Position numbers and translations under genes: made by a program | The notes under the pieces: generated by a model | Databases searched by the model: none | Told to the model about the DNA's origin: nothing | The model's input: the letters and a program-made list of their open reading frames with translations, nothing else | IMG/VR virus record: IMGVR_UViG_3300010397_000044 | Span: 14,735-78,734 of that record | Length of the DNA: 64,000 nucleotides | Direction: 5' to 3' (one strand) | From: a virus | Shown here: positions 28,885 to 39,172 of the stretch, in pieces | Layout: every line of letters starts with the position of its first letter | Numbering within the stretch: position 1 is the stretch's first letter

Positions 28885-30968
28885 TAAAGATATATTATAT
28901 ATTAGACGGAGGCGGTGGGGGCGGAGAGGAGCCGGAACAGCCCAAGAACTACAAACCATTGACAACTGCCCAACGTGGCGAATGGAATACATTTCTGGAC
29001 TATTTGGGAAGTCAGGGTAATATAAATCTGGCTGATCCACAAGTAGGGACCAATTTCTTAAATCAATACAAAAAAAACAATCCGAATTTCTCTATAACGC
29101 CTGACTTGTTGCCATCTATCCAATACGAACAATACCAATTCAGAAAGGGCAAAAAATTCGGAAATCTTGACGAAAATCAATTAAAATACATTCGTCAAGG
29201 TCTTCCACAGACATATTTGGCGAAGCCAGTAAGCCCCATAAATGGCATTATAAACCCTGAAACCGCCAAGCTTTATTATCCGCAAGTAGGTCAATATGGG
29301 ACCGACTTAGAAGCTTATTATGATGCAAAAGTGGGTAAAAGTCCCGCAGTAGCACCCGTGACAACGAATGCTACTTTAGTAACCCCCATGGTCTATCCAG
29401 ACAAGGACACACTAAGAAAGAAATATGGCGGTAATCCTTATCTGGCAGATCAAAATAGATACAATTGGGGCAATAAATTACAGAATGAATTTCCACTTAC
29501 GGGGGGTAAAGTTAAAGATGCCGTGGTAGATGCGGCAAAATTTAATGGAGTAGACCCTGCATTGCTATATAGTTCAGCGATGGAAGAGGGAATGTCAGGG
29601 TCGGTAGATGCAAAATATTCAGGGAACGCCAGCGAGGCATATGTAGATTGGGCCAAAAAAAATAATGACATAGCGGAAGAGTACCCGGTAGATAGCTTTT
29701 ATAATTATGGGTTAGACCAATTTTCCGGAATGGCCTCGGGTCTTGAAAAGAAGGGATATTTACCCAAAGGCTTTAAGGAAAGATTCACGACATTCCCAGC
29801 TGAAAATGAAAAAGGAGAGCAGATAAAAGCCTCTGCCTTTAAGAAAGACTCCGATGCCCTCATAGCTAAAAGCGCAATGATGAGGCTCGCTAAAGACCAG
29901 CTTAATGACCACTTATCCACAAATAACGTAAAACTAACCCCTAAACAACAAGAGTTTTTTCTTTTAGCTAATTATAATGGCGGGGAAGGACTTATGAAAA
30001 AAATGCTTCAGTCTTACAAAGAGAAAGGGTATCTGAAGGATGATAAGTTTCTAGACCCTAAATTTAAACCGGCATCCTATGGAGAAGTTTATAAACACGT
30101 TTTGGCCCGGTTGGAAAGTGCCAAACAACTTAAAGAGGAAAAATATTTTGAAGATGATAAAAAGCAAAGTGATTTCAAAAGTTACAAAATTGCAGACAAC
30201 AATAACTCTAGTGATATAAGGAATGATGAGACTGTAAATAATTCAGAAAACGAAAGTCAGTCCGACATTGGCCCTATTTCATTTCTTAATTCATATTATG
30301 AAAGCCCTGAATTTAAAAGAAAATCGGGGGGAAATTATGAAGCTAACAAGTCTATATATAAAAAAGGGGCTCAAATGTATGTTCCAAAAATAGTTGAAAG
30401 TGATAAAGAAGGCAGTCATTCCGTAGGCCCTGACGAACTTTTTTATTCTAAAAGATTTGAAGAAAAAGGGAGTCCCACGGTAGTTTTAGATAAAAAACAA
30501 GCCAAGGATTTAAAATATGACCTTTTTAATGATGTGCTTCCGCATGAGTATGCACACACTACAAGACGACTTAGTCCCAATGACGAACAAAAATTTATTT
30601 TAAAAAATAAAAACAATCTGGTAAAGACCCTTTTTGAATCTTATAAACAGGATTCCAGCGGGATGCAATCAGGTAAAACCTTTTCAGATTGGGCGCATAC
30701 AATTGCGGACCATACACAACTGCCGGGGGAGAATTATTCTGATCTCAATTCATTAAGGTGGAATTTGTACAAAGCTGGTATTTATGACGCTAGAAAAGGG
30801 CAAATGAATGTCGAGCACCTTAAAAAGGCTATGTCCGACCCTAAATTAAAAGATAACGAATTGTTTAATAGGCTTTTAAAGTCTTTTTCTCCGGAAGATA
30901 TAGTGGAGCTAAATAACACTGTAGCATCGACTAAACCGGAAAAAGACAAGGAAGGTTCGAACTCTTAA
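28881..30968 (+). CDS. virion protein with lytic transglycosylase-like domain and HExxH metallopeptidase-like C-terminal domain
   Basis: AAKFNGVDPALLYSSAMEEG and LANYNGGEG (SLT motifs); VLPHEYAHT. Confidence 0.6.
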   Translation: MIKIYYILDGGGGGGEEPEQPKNYKPLTTAQRGEWNTFLDYLGSQGNINLADPQVGTNFLNQYKKNNPNFSITPDLLPSIQYEQYQFRKGKKFGNLDENQLKYIRQGLPQTYLAKPVSPINGIINPETAKLYYPQVGQYGTDLEAYYDAKVGKSPAVAPVTTNATLVTPMVYPDKDTLRKKYGGNPYLADQNRYNWGNKLQNEFPLTGGKVKDAVVDAAKFNGVDPALLYSSAMEEGMSGSVDAKYSGNASEAYVDWAKKNNDIAEEYPVDSFYNYGLDQFSGMASGLEKKGYLPKGFKERFTTFPAENEKGEQIKASAFKKDSDALIAKSAMMRLAKDQLNDHLSTNNVKLTPKQQEFFLLANYNGGEGLMKKMLQSYKEKGYLKDDKFLDPKFKPASYGEVYKHVLARLESAKQLKEEKYFEDDKKQSDFKSYKIADNNNSSDIRNDETVNNSENESQSDIGPISFLNSYYESPEFKRKSGGNYEANKSIYKKGAQMYVPKIVESDKEGSHSVGPDELFYSKRFEEKGSPTVVLDKKQAKDLKYDLFNDVLPHEYAHTTRRLSPNDEQKFILKNKNNLVKTLFESYKQDSSGMQSGKTFSDWAHTIADHTQLPGENYSDLNSLRWNLYKAGIYDARKGQMNVEHLKKAMSDPKLKDNELFNRLLKSFSPEDIVELNNTVASTKPEKDKEGSNS

Positions 30969-30989
30969 AGATTTGTAAATAAAAAACAT

Positions 30990-30997
30990 TAATTTCG
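30990..30997 (+). promoter_or_regulatory. putative -7 promoter (TAATTTCG) of the tail-fibre operon
   Basis: Near-consensus TAnnTTTG upstream of 31016. Confidence 0.4.
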
Positions 30998-31015
30998 ATA
31001 AACCTATTAAAAGTC

Positions 31016-31522
31016 ATGGCGTTAAGCCCCTCATTTACTCTTTCCGGGACATCTGATCCAAGTTCCCTGACCCTGACCGATACTAGTACCGGAACGGATG
31101 GCGCGGTCGTCGGCAGAAAGATAAATCTTTACGACGTTTCAAATAATTTATTTGGATCATCTCCCTACGATTTCCCCAACTTCCCTGGCACGACCTCAAT
31201 TACCATAAATCCTTTTTTAAAGGATAAATCCATTAACGTTGTTGTTACATGGGTTGACAATGTGGGAACCGTATTATATACCGCGTCTAAAATCTATGCT
31301 TCAACTGGATATGGGGAACAATTTTATTCCGGGCTCACAAGAAATTTAACCTCTCAGCCGGGTATAGCCAATGATCAACAATTCAGGGAGAACTTTAGTT
31401 GGTTGAGAACGCTGTTAGATTCAACCGTACTAGCCATCAATAACATGCAGGATATTATAGCAGCCCAAAACTGTATAGATCAATATAACGGAATGATTCA
31501 AAATCAAAACGATTTCTTCTAA
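31016..31522 (+). CDS. putative tail hub / fibre-docking protein
   Basis: SSLTLTDTSTG N-terminal beta domain with helical C-terminus; start of the fibre operon. Confidence 0.45.
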   Translation: MALSPSFTLSGTSDPSSLTLTDTSTGTDGAVVGRKINLYDVSNNLFGSSPYDFPNFPGTTSITINPFLKDKSINVVVTWVDNVGTVLYTASKIYASTGYGEQFYSGLTRNLTSQPGIANDQQFRENFSWLRTLLDSTVLAINNMQDIIAAQNCIDQYNGMIQNQNDFF

Positions 31523-32391
31523 TGGCATCTGAAAGAACACCAGCACAAATTTCATTAATTGCAGCCATCTGTCAAACGTTGGCCGTTAATGATCGTGCAT
31601 TTCAGAATGCCGTAAAAGGGTTTGCTTTGGATCAACGGTTAGCTCGTTACATCTACATGAACAGAAGGTCTTTGGATTATGTTCTTTCTGTAAATCCGTC
31701 CGACACAACCTTGCAGGCAATAGCTAATTACGTTTATGCCCTATGTTCACCATATATAGCGAGAGCGCAGCAAATTATAAATAACCTGCAAGTGGGATTG
31801 CCCGTATTAACGGGACCGACAGACCAAAGTACAACGGTTGGCAATAGCGCAACGTTTTCAGTTAGTGTGTCCGGAACAGGTCCGTTTATGTACCAATGGT
31901 ATGTAGGCGGAGTGGTTATTGCCGGAGCAACAAGTGCATCATATATAAAAAGTAATGCACAGTTGTCGGATGACGGTAAATTATATTCGGTGCAAGTTAC
32001 TAATGTCGCTGGTTCAGTGTTTAGTGGAACGGCAAAATTAAATGTTACATCTGCATATGTGGCCTTCTATTACTATGGTGATGTAGATTATAGTAGTGAT
32101 TTAATGTCTGGCAATGATAGCGTACCCTATTTGGGAACATTCCCGGTCACGGCTGGGCAACCATTGAGCTTTACATGGCCTTCAGGAGCGGCGAACAATA
32201 AATACATAGTTGTAAAATATCCGGGGGCAGAATCCGTTAAAACGCAATACTCTAATCTGCCTTTGAATAACGGGCTTATACCCAGTATAGCCTTTGAAAA
32301 TGTCTCAACAATAGGATCATTTAAATACATATTCAGTCGAGGAGGAAATCCTTTCTCGATGAATACGGCAAATGCATTAATTTTTAGTTGA
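31522..32391 (+). CDS. tail protein with Ig-like domain
   Basis: PTDQSTTVGNSATFSVSVSGTGPFMYQWY...DGKLYSVQVTNVAGSV (I-set Ig pattern). Confidence 0.75.
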   Translation: MASERTPAQISLIAAICQTLAVNDRAFQNAVKGFALDQRLARYIYMNRRSLDYVLSVNPSDTTLQAIANYVYALCSPYIARAQQIINNLQVGLPVLTGPTDQSTTVGNSATFSVSVSGTGPFMYQWYVGGVVIAGATSASYIKSNAQLSDDGKLYSVQVTNVAGSVFSGTAKLNVTSAYVAFYYYGDVDYSSDLMSGNDSVPYLGTFPVTAGQPLSFTWPSGAANNKYIVVKYPGAESVKTQYSNLPLNNGLIPSIAFENVSTIGSFKYIFSRGGNPFSMNTANALIFS

Positions 32392-32408
32392 GCTAAAATG
32401 TAAACGAT

Positions 32409-35400
32409 ATGGCCCAAGCAGAAGGAAGGAGGTTGAAGAATAAATATCTTCCCCTCTTTCTGACAATAATTCTAGTATTTATATATACGGTTTCGTTTTC
32501 ACAAACGTTTAACCCATCTCTTCACGTCGTCGTTAATTCAGCAATAGGGGAAGCTCAAGCAGCGCCACTGGATGCTCGTAGTATGTTTTATGATACGTCA
32601 AATTTTAGGTACCGCGCCTACCAAAATACTTCAGAAGTAAAATCATACTTAAATCTACCCAAATACAGATTCGGCAACTTTCTTATCGTTGTAGACTCAG
32701 GGGGAATATTGCAGCCAAATGGAACATATGTCGGTGGAGTTAATACATTTTGGATGTTTAGGGATTCCACCGCAGATGCTAATTTAGTTAAACTCAACCT
32801 GACGGGAAGTTCGGGACCTTGTGTGGGCTGTCTTTTAGCTGCTAATAACCTAAATGATGTTGCTAATAAACCGACAGCATTATCTAATTTAGGAATTGGG
32901 AGCATGGGTTTATTAAGTTCAACCGCAAGTGGAGATTTGAATGGCATTTGGCCCAATATTACAGTTCAGCGTTTTAATAATCAATTGCCGGCCTATTATC
33001 TAAATTATAATAACCTAACCAATCAACCCGTAATCCCTGCTCAAATAAACATTACAGACGCTGGTCTTTTCACGCATACCGGCACCTACCCTAACCTTAC
33101 CTTTAATTCCAGGACTCCCGGATTCGAGGAGACTATAATTCAAAATAATGCATTATCGGGAGATAGAACTATAAACGGGGGAGCTTTTAATCTTTTGATT
33201 AGTGGCACGGGGGCGTTGGGAATTCCTGTTGGCACAACTGCGCAACGTCCATCATCCCCAGTTACTGGAATGTTGCGTTTTAATACAGACTCTCTGAAAA
33301 AGGAAACTTACAATGGGAGCACATGGGTAAGCGATGGAACGGGCGGCGGAGGCGGGGGTAGCGGGATTACCGCCTTAACAGGAGATGGAACAGCTTCAGG
33401 AACGGGATCGGTTCCCTTTACGTTGGCAACTGTTAATAGTAACGTATTCGGGTCTAATACATTTTTGAAATTTGGAGTAAATGGGAAGGGCCTCGTTACT
33501 TCGGCGACTGCTGTAGTGAGCGGAGACATTACCAGTGCATTAGGGTATACCCCGTATAATTCAACAAACCCAGCTGGTTACATAACCGGTAATCAGTCTA
33601 TTTCTTTTACCCCCAATGCAGGCGGAGACGTTACGGGATCGTCTTCGGGAACAACTTCTTTAACCCCTACACTTACGATAGGTAATAACAAGGTGACTTA
33701 TGCTAAGATTCAAGCAGCTTCCGGAGCAGCCTTATTAGGAGCAACAGGAGCAGGTAATTATCAAGAAATAACATTAGGAACGGGCCTCTCTTTTGCGGGA
33801 TCGGTTCTTAATGCAGCACCCGGCGGGGCAACAAACTCAAATATTGGTGCTGGTTTCCGTTGGGCCGTTCCCTCAACAAACAATATCAAGACTGCTTTCG
33901 GAAGCGCATTTATAGCATACGACTCAACCACTAACACTAATGCTTTAACAGCAAAGATAGCCAATGGAACGCCTAATTATCTTTTAGGGTGGGATGGGTC
34001 TGGCAATCCAGCAGCATTAAAACCAGATACACTTTTTTATGCCCAGTTAGGTCAACCCGGAGATTCTGTTGGATGGATAAACTCTCTTGGAGTGATTAAT
34101 TTTAGATTAATGCGAGATTCGCTATCATTTCATCACATAACAAATCCAGATGGGAGCTGGACTTTTTATTCTGCTGCAACTGGTGATTCTGGTATTGTAG
34201 CCGGATATGGTATTTCTGTAAGTAGAATAGCCGCTAATAATAGAATTGTATTTGCAGATACTTCTATTCCAAATGGAATAGCGCCGCGTCACGTTGTGAT
34301 AGATACCGCATTTAATAGATTTGTGCGTACAGATTCTGTCAATATAAGATTCAGAAACCCTGACTTTAATACACAGCAAATATATTTAGATGCTGGAGTA
34401 GTAGCTGGGGTGTTTTACTATGACAACACGGATATAACCACAGCGGATGACAGCGTAATGACCTTCGTTACAAATCAAGGCAAAAGATGGAAGAGGTTAA
34501 TCACTACGCCGTATATAAATGTAAAGTGGTTTGGTGCGCTGGGTAACGGGGCGCATAACGATATACCCAATATTACCAAAGCTATAGCATGGTTAAATAA
34601 CAATACTAATAGCCCTACAAGAGTATTGTATTTCCCGTCTGGCAATTATGTTATTAATAGTCCAATCATTGTGGCTAGATTTAATGGCACAACATATTCT
34701 CAGGTTAATATGACATTGATGGGTCAGGCAAACGCTAAAAATTCCCCATCTCAATATACATCTGTAATTACTCCTACATTCAATAATACATTTGCAATAG
34801 GTATTCAATTAGGAAAGGGGTGTAATATAGAAAACTTTAAAATATCCGGGCAATTCTCTTTCCCGAATACTCTAAGTAATATTAGTGTTGATACATTAAC
34901 TGAAGCTCAATGGACAGACGGATCGGCACGACAAAATACAGTTACTCCATATGCCGGTATCGCTATTGATCCATTTTCCGACTCTTTATCTTATACCTCA
35001 AATTCGGATTTATATCCGGGACTTCATTCTTATTGCCCTGCTGGATTACCAAGGGCTGGTAGTACAGATATAAACATCAAAAACTGCAATATAACTCAAT
35101 TCATAGTTGGGGTCATATTGTCTCCATCCAATCAGCAAAATGCTGACGAAATAAACATGGATCAAGTTAATATAGGGGGCAATAAAGTAGGATTCGCATT
35201 TTGTCAATCTCAATCTAAAGATTGTAATGTAACAAGGTTTATGGCTTGGGCACCAGTCTATAGCATATTTGATAATGCTACCTACGGGATTAGACATGGT
35301 GATGGTGCTGGTTCGCCAAATATAAATGGCGGCAACATAGCTTCTCAGGTATATCAGCTGGGTTATATGAATGGGCAATCGTTTAGGGGAGGAATATATA

Positions 35401-38400
35401 ATGTATATGCGGAGGGGTTATTCAAATTGGGGTCATGGGTTGGTCAAGCCGGCTATATATTCGAAAATTGTGATTTCAACTTTGCGACTAATGCATCAAA
35501 TATCCCCTATCCTGACTTCTTTATATTTGCTGATAATGTAGAAATGGTAAATTGTCAAAATAGATTCTATGGCAATGTGCCTACGCGTATGATATTTACT
35601 GGAAGCCAAGTTAAATTTAGAGGTGGCACCCTAAATGCAGCGCCTTTCGTGGCGTCAATGAGCTGTTGCAATACTTCTCAAACTCCCACATTTGATAACG
35701 TTAGACTTTTTTATTCTCCGGGAGGGGTAATAGGTAGAAATAGGCCCACAAATCCATTTAATACGAATGGCGTAATGAATGGATTAATGTCTGCCGTGGC
35801 GGGTGGAACCGATCCAATATATCCTCAGAGTAATCAATCTGATATATATACTTTCAAGTATAGTGGATCATGGGATAGAACGGTCCCATTGGGAACCAAA
35901 GCTATTACAACTAATAGAACTACATGGAGTGGTTATTTTGTTTCAACTGCTGGCGATAGTACAAAAATAAGAGTGGGTGATTTTCTGGTAACCAATAATG
36001 CAAAGCCGGTCGGTCAATCAAGCACCGTTGCGACTACATCAATGCCTATAGGCTTCATATCAAAAATATCTAATGATACGGTTTACTTTAATAATCTGGC
36101 AACAGAAATAAAAGATAGTGCATATACTATTTGGGCTGGATACGCAGTCAATAATAAAGATGCATTTACAGGAAGCATGGTAAGCGGCCAAAAGTATATT
36201 ACCAAAGTAATTACAGCCAATGGTAATTCTTTGGCAACTTTCTTTTCAATTGGAGAACGATTTGATTTGCCACAATTTGCATTAGGTACTTATGTAACAG
36301 GGGTCGGTAACGATACTGTCTATCTTTCAAATGTCGCCAATGCTACAAATCCGGAATATACATGGATGAATGGATTCCCATCTATTGAAATATGGAGTCC
36401 GTCTACCCCGGAGACTTTTACGCAGTCAAGTCAAAAATTGCCACTATATGGAGGAGCAATATATCACAAATCAATCGCAACTTGTTGTTCTTTTTTATAT
36501 GCCGCCCATTATGGGGACGCGTATAAATCATATAAAATATTAAATTCAAACTTTTTTGGAGATACCATCATTCACAAAGTGAAATATTCTCCAATAATAG
36601 AGGATGTTGGCGGTATGACAATTGCTAAAGGAACTACAGCTCAATTGTTCAACCCTAATTATACTACGCCATTAATAAGGATTAATAGTGATAGTACTTT
36701 GAACGGGTTTTCACATGCAACTATTACGGACGGAAGTATAACCAGACAGCTTGCCTATCTGAATGATTTAACAATTGCTACTGATACGACTATACTATCC
36801 ACAAGAAATAATGTAAATAGGGTTAGAGACTCCCTATTAGGTGTTTTGGTTAAAAATTTAGGGGGAGCCGTTGGGATATCCAGTGGTCCTTACTTATCGA
36901 GGCCCTCGGCTTCTAATTCGCAAAGATTCTATTGGTCTACTGATTCTGTATTTTACTCCTACGATAACGGGACTTGGAATGATATCCGAACCGCCGCAGG
37001 AGGCAATAATTCTTTTTTAAATATTCAGGCAAATAGTTTAGGTACTACCCAAGACCCTTCAAAAGGTATTTTAATAAACAACTTAACTGCTGCTGCTGCT
37101 GGCGCACAGCAAATATCTCCGGGTCTTGTATTAGAGGGGCAAGGATGGAAAACGAATGCCACAGCTGCATCCCAATCAGTTAAATTCAGAATGGATGTTA
37201 CACCTATACAAGGAGCAGCTGCGCCTACGGGACAATTTAAAATAGGCTCCTCTATAAATGGTGGCGCATATGCCGATAAAATAACCATTAATTCGGATGC
37301 GATTGGCGGCATATTTACATCCGCCGGATTACAAATGAATGGAGCGGGCCTAAATTTTTCAGGCGGAGGTACTGTTGCCCAGCAAATGACAGTTGGGGGT
37401 GCATGGACATTCAACTATTCCAGCGGACTGGCTTCAAATGCGAACGCATGGACAATGACTCATGCAACCGGCGTGTATACCTCCGGCACTTCCAGCAATC
37501 TGAGAGTCTTAGGTACATATAACCCGCCGTCTGGTACTGGTGAATACAATGCCGCCTTTATTACACCTACTATCAATCAGACGGGGGGGGCAAATGGAAT
37601 TACCAGAGGATTATATATCTCCCCTACTCTCACATCCGCTGCTGACTTTAGAGCGTTAGAAATTACGACTGGCCAATCTATTCTTGGGGGCTCACTTACT
37701 GTCAAGTCAATCTCTACAGGCTCCGGAACGGACTCTGTTTTAGTTGAAAATGGAGGCCTTATAAAAATGGTAGCTCAATCATCCTTGGGAGGGTCTAATA
37801 TCTACAATGCAGACGGAGCCTTGACGGCCAATAGGACACTTTCCGGTGCAACATTTTCTCTTGCATTAGGCACAAGTGGCAGTAAGATTGGTGGTTTATC
37901 CATTAATTCGAATGGAACGACCATAAGCAGTGGTATATACAATAGCGCAGGGGGATCACAATTATTACTGGCCGCCAGCACTATTAATAATGCGATAACT
38001 ACAGGCGGGGGAACAGTTAGCGACTTCTCTGCATATTTTTTCAGGACGCCAACAGTCACTAGTACAAATGCTGTAAACTATTCTCACGCAGCAACGGTAA
38101 GGATTGAAAATTCCCCCACAATGGGAACCAACTCCACGGGGACTAATCAATTATATGCATTAGATGTTGCTGCCGGTATATCCCACTTTGGGGTAGGTAA
38201 TTCCAACATATCAGCTTGGTTCGATGGAGTAATAGGGGTTAGTGCGCCACCAAATAGCACAATACTACTTGGGATAGGGGCATCTTCTTCTAGTGTAACT
38301 TCTATGTACCTTACACCGGGAGCAGATGTAACAGGAAGCCTTTTGACACAAAGCGGAGACTTGTGGAATAACGGGACTAATTTATATTTTGTCGATGGGT

Positions 38401-38714
38401 CTTCTTCAGGTGTGAAAAGAGATTTATTGAATGAAGGAACGTCTATAACAGAGAGCTCTGCGGGTACCTTAACCTTAACTCAACAATACACTGATTTCAT
38501 ATTTACTGGCACCACTACTACATGGACTTTGGGGGCATTAGCGTCTAATTTCAATAGAACTATTCATATTAAAAATGCAGGCAGCGGAAACATCACTTTG
38601 AACAGAGCAGGGAGTGACCAAATTTACGACGTAAGTGCTGTCACAAGTATAACAATAACGCCGGGAACAGCAAGAACCTTAAAGGGTGGTGCAGCTTTTT
38701 GGTATGTAGAGTAA
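32409..38714 (+). CDS. tail fibre/tailspike with pectate-lyase-like beta-helix and N-terminal signal peptide
   Basis: PLDAR, LAANNLNDVANKPTALSNLG and GTTAQRP..GMLRFNT fibre motifs; INVKWFGALGNG..ND..I.KAI beta-helix start; signal peptide KNKYLPLFLTIILVFIYTVSFS/Q. Confidence 0.75.
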   Translation: MAQAEGRRLKNKYLPLFLTIILVFIYTVSFSQTFNPSLHVVVNSAIGEAQAAPLDARSMFYDTSNFRYRAYQNTSEVKSYLNLPKYRFGNFLIVVDSGGILQPNGTYVGGVNTFWMFRDSTADANLVKLNLTGSSGPCVGCLLAANNLNDVANKPTALSNLGIGSMGLLSSTASGDLNGIWPNITVQRFNNQLPAYYLNYNNLTNQPVIPAQINITDAGLFTHTGTYPNLTFNSRTPGFEETIIQNNALSGDRTINGGAFNLLISGTGALGIPVGTTAQRPSSPVTGMLRFNTDSLKKETYNGSTWVSDGTGGGGGGSGITALTGDGTASGTGSVPFTLATVNSNVFGSNTFLKFGVNGKGLVTSATAVVSGDITSALGYTPYNSTNPAGYITGNQSISFTPNAGGDVTGSSSGTTSLTPTLTIGNNKVTYAKIQAASGAALLGATGAGNYQEITLGTGLSFAGSVLNAAPGGATNSNIGAGFRWAVPSTNNIKTAFGSAFIAYDSTTNTNALTAKIANGTPNYLLGWDGSGNPAALKPDTLFYAQLGQPGDSVGWINSLGVINFRLMRDSLSFHHITNPDGSWTFYSAATGDSGIVAGYGISVSRIAANNRIVFADTSIPNGIAPRHVVIDTAFNRFVRTDSVNIRFRNPDFNTQQIYLDAGVVAGVFYYDNTDITTADDSVMTFVTNQGKRWKRLITTPYINVKWFGALGNGAHNDIPNITKAIAWLNNNTNSPTRVLYFPSGNYVINSPIIVARFNGTTYSQVNMTLMGQANAKNSPSQYTSVITPTFNNTFAIGIQLGKGCNIENFKISGQFSFPNTLSNISVDTLTEAQWTDGSARQNTVTPYAGIAIDPFSDSLSYTSNSDLYPGLHSYCPAGLPRAGSTDINIKNCNITQFIVGVILSPSNQQNADEINMDQVNIGGNKVGFAFCQSQSKDCNVTRFMAWAPVYSIFDNATYGIRHGDGAGSPNINGGNIASQVYQLGYMNGQSFRGGIYNVYAEGLFKLGSWVGQAGYIFENCDFNFATNASNIPYPDFFIFADNVEMVNCQNRFYGNVPTRMIFTGSQVKFRGGTLNAAPFVASMSCCNTSQTPTFDNVRLFYSPGGVIGRNRPTNPFNTNGVMNGLMSAVAGGTDPIYPQSNQSDIYTFKYSGSWDRTVPLGTKAITTNRTTWSGYFVSTAGDSTKIRVGDFLVTNNAKPVGQSSTVATTSMPIGFISKISNDTVYFNNLATEIKDSAYTIWAGYAVNNKDAFTGSMVSGQKYITKVITANGNSLATFFSIGERFDLPQFALGTYVTGVGNDTVYLSNVANATNPEYTWMNGFPSIEIWSPSTPETFTQSSQKLPLYGGAIYHKSIATCCSFLYAAHYGDAYKSYKILNSNFFGDTIIHKVKYSPIIEDVGGMTIAKGTTAQLFNPNYTTPLIRINSDSTLNGFSHATITDGSITRQLAYLNDLTIATDTTILSTRNNVNRVRDSLLGVLVKNLGGAVGISSGPYLSRPSASNSQRFYWSTDSVFYSYDNGTWNDIRTAAGGNNSFLNIQANSLGTTQDPSKGILINNLTAAAAGAQQISPGLVLEGQGWKTNATAASQSVKFRMDVTPIQGAAAPTGQFKIGSSINGGAYADKITINSDAIGGIFTSAGLQMNGAGLNFSGGGTVAQQMTVGGAWTFNYSSGLASNANAWTMTHATGVYTSGTSSNLRVLGTYNPPSGTGEYNAAFITPTINQTGGANGITRGLYISPTLTSAADFRALEITTGQSILGGSLTVKSISTGSGTDSVLVENGGLIKMVAQSSLGGSNIYNADGALTANRTLSGATFSLALGTSGSKIGGLSINSNGTTISSGIYNSAGGSQLLLAASTINNAITTGGGTVSDFSAYFFRTPTVTSTNAVNYSHAATVRIENSPTMGTNSTGTNQLYALDVAAGISHFGVGNSNISAWFDGVIGVSAPPNSTILLGIGASSSSVTSMYLTPGADVTGSLLTQSGDLWNNGTNLYFVDGSSSGVKRDLLNEGTSITESSAGTLTLTQQYTDFIFTGTTTTWTLGALASNFNRTIHIKNAGSGNITLNRAGSDQIYDVSAVTSITITPGTARTLKGGAAFWYVE

Positions 38715-38727
38715 GAAATTTATAAAC

Positions 38728-39159
38728 ATGAAATATATATTTGGAGCCATATTAGCATTGGGGGTTGTTTTTGCAAGCTGGTTTGCATATGATCCTTCTG
38801 TTAGGATGACAATGAATAATGCCCCGGGGCGTACATTGTCAACCACGGGAAGCAATAACACATTCACTATAAGTACCACAAAGTGTACATCGGTTGCTTA
38901 TACTGTTAATTTCAGTGCTGCGCTTACTTTGGGAACTAGTAATGGGCGTGTTCAATTGGATGTGAGTTTAGATGGGGGATCAAATTGGATAACTATTTCA
39001 AGCGTGTCTCAGGTATTCGGTGTTTCAGTAACCATTACAACCAATCAAGATTTAGTCCTTGCCGGCATGGTGCCAGCTAACGCTTTAGTTCGAATATACA
39101 GAATAAACAATGCAGGAGTTACCGTTACGTTAGGTTCACAGCAGGAATGCACAATGTAA
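38728..39159 (+). CDS. exported beta-rich protein (143 aa)
   Basis: MKYIFGAILALGVVFASWFA signal/anchor followed by Thr/Ser/Val-rich beta strands. Confidence 0.6.
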   Translation: MKYIFGAILALGVVFASWFAYDPSVRMTMNNAPGRTLSTTGSNNTFTISTTKCTSVAYTVNFSAALTLGTSNGRVQLDVSLDGGSNWITISSVSQVFGVSVTITTNQDLVLAGMVPANALVRIYRINNAGVTVTLGSQQECTM

Positions 39160-39172
39160 AAAATAGATTCAC

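Noticed and set aside
32409-38714. Diversity-generating retroelement or invertible fibre cassette
   Set aside because: No reverse transcriptase, invertase or template/variable repeat pair recognised in this window
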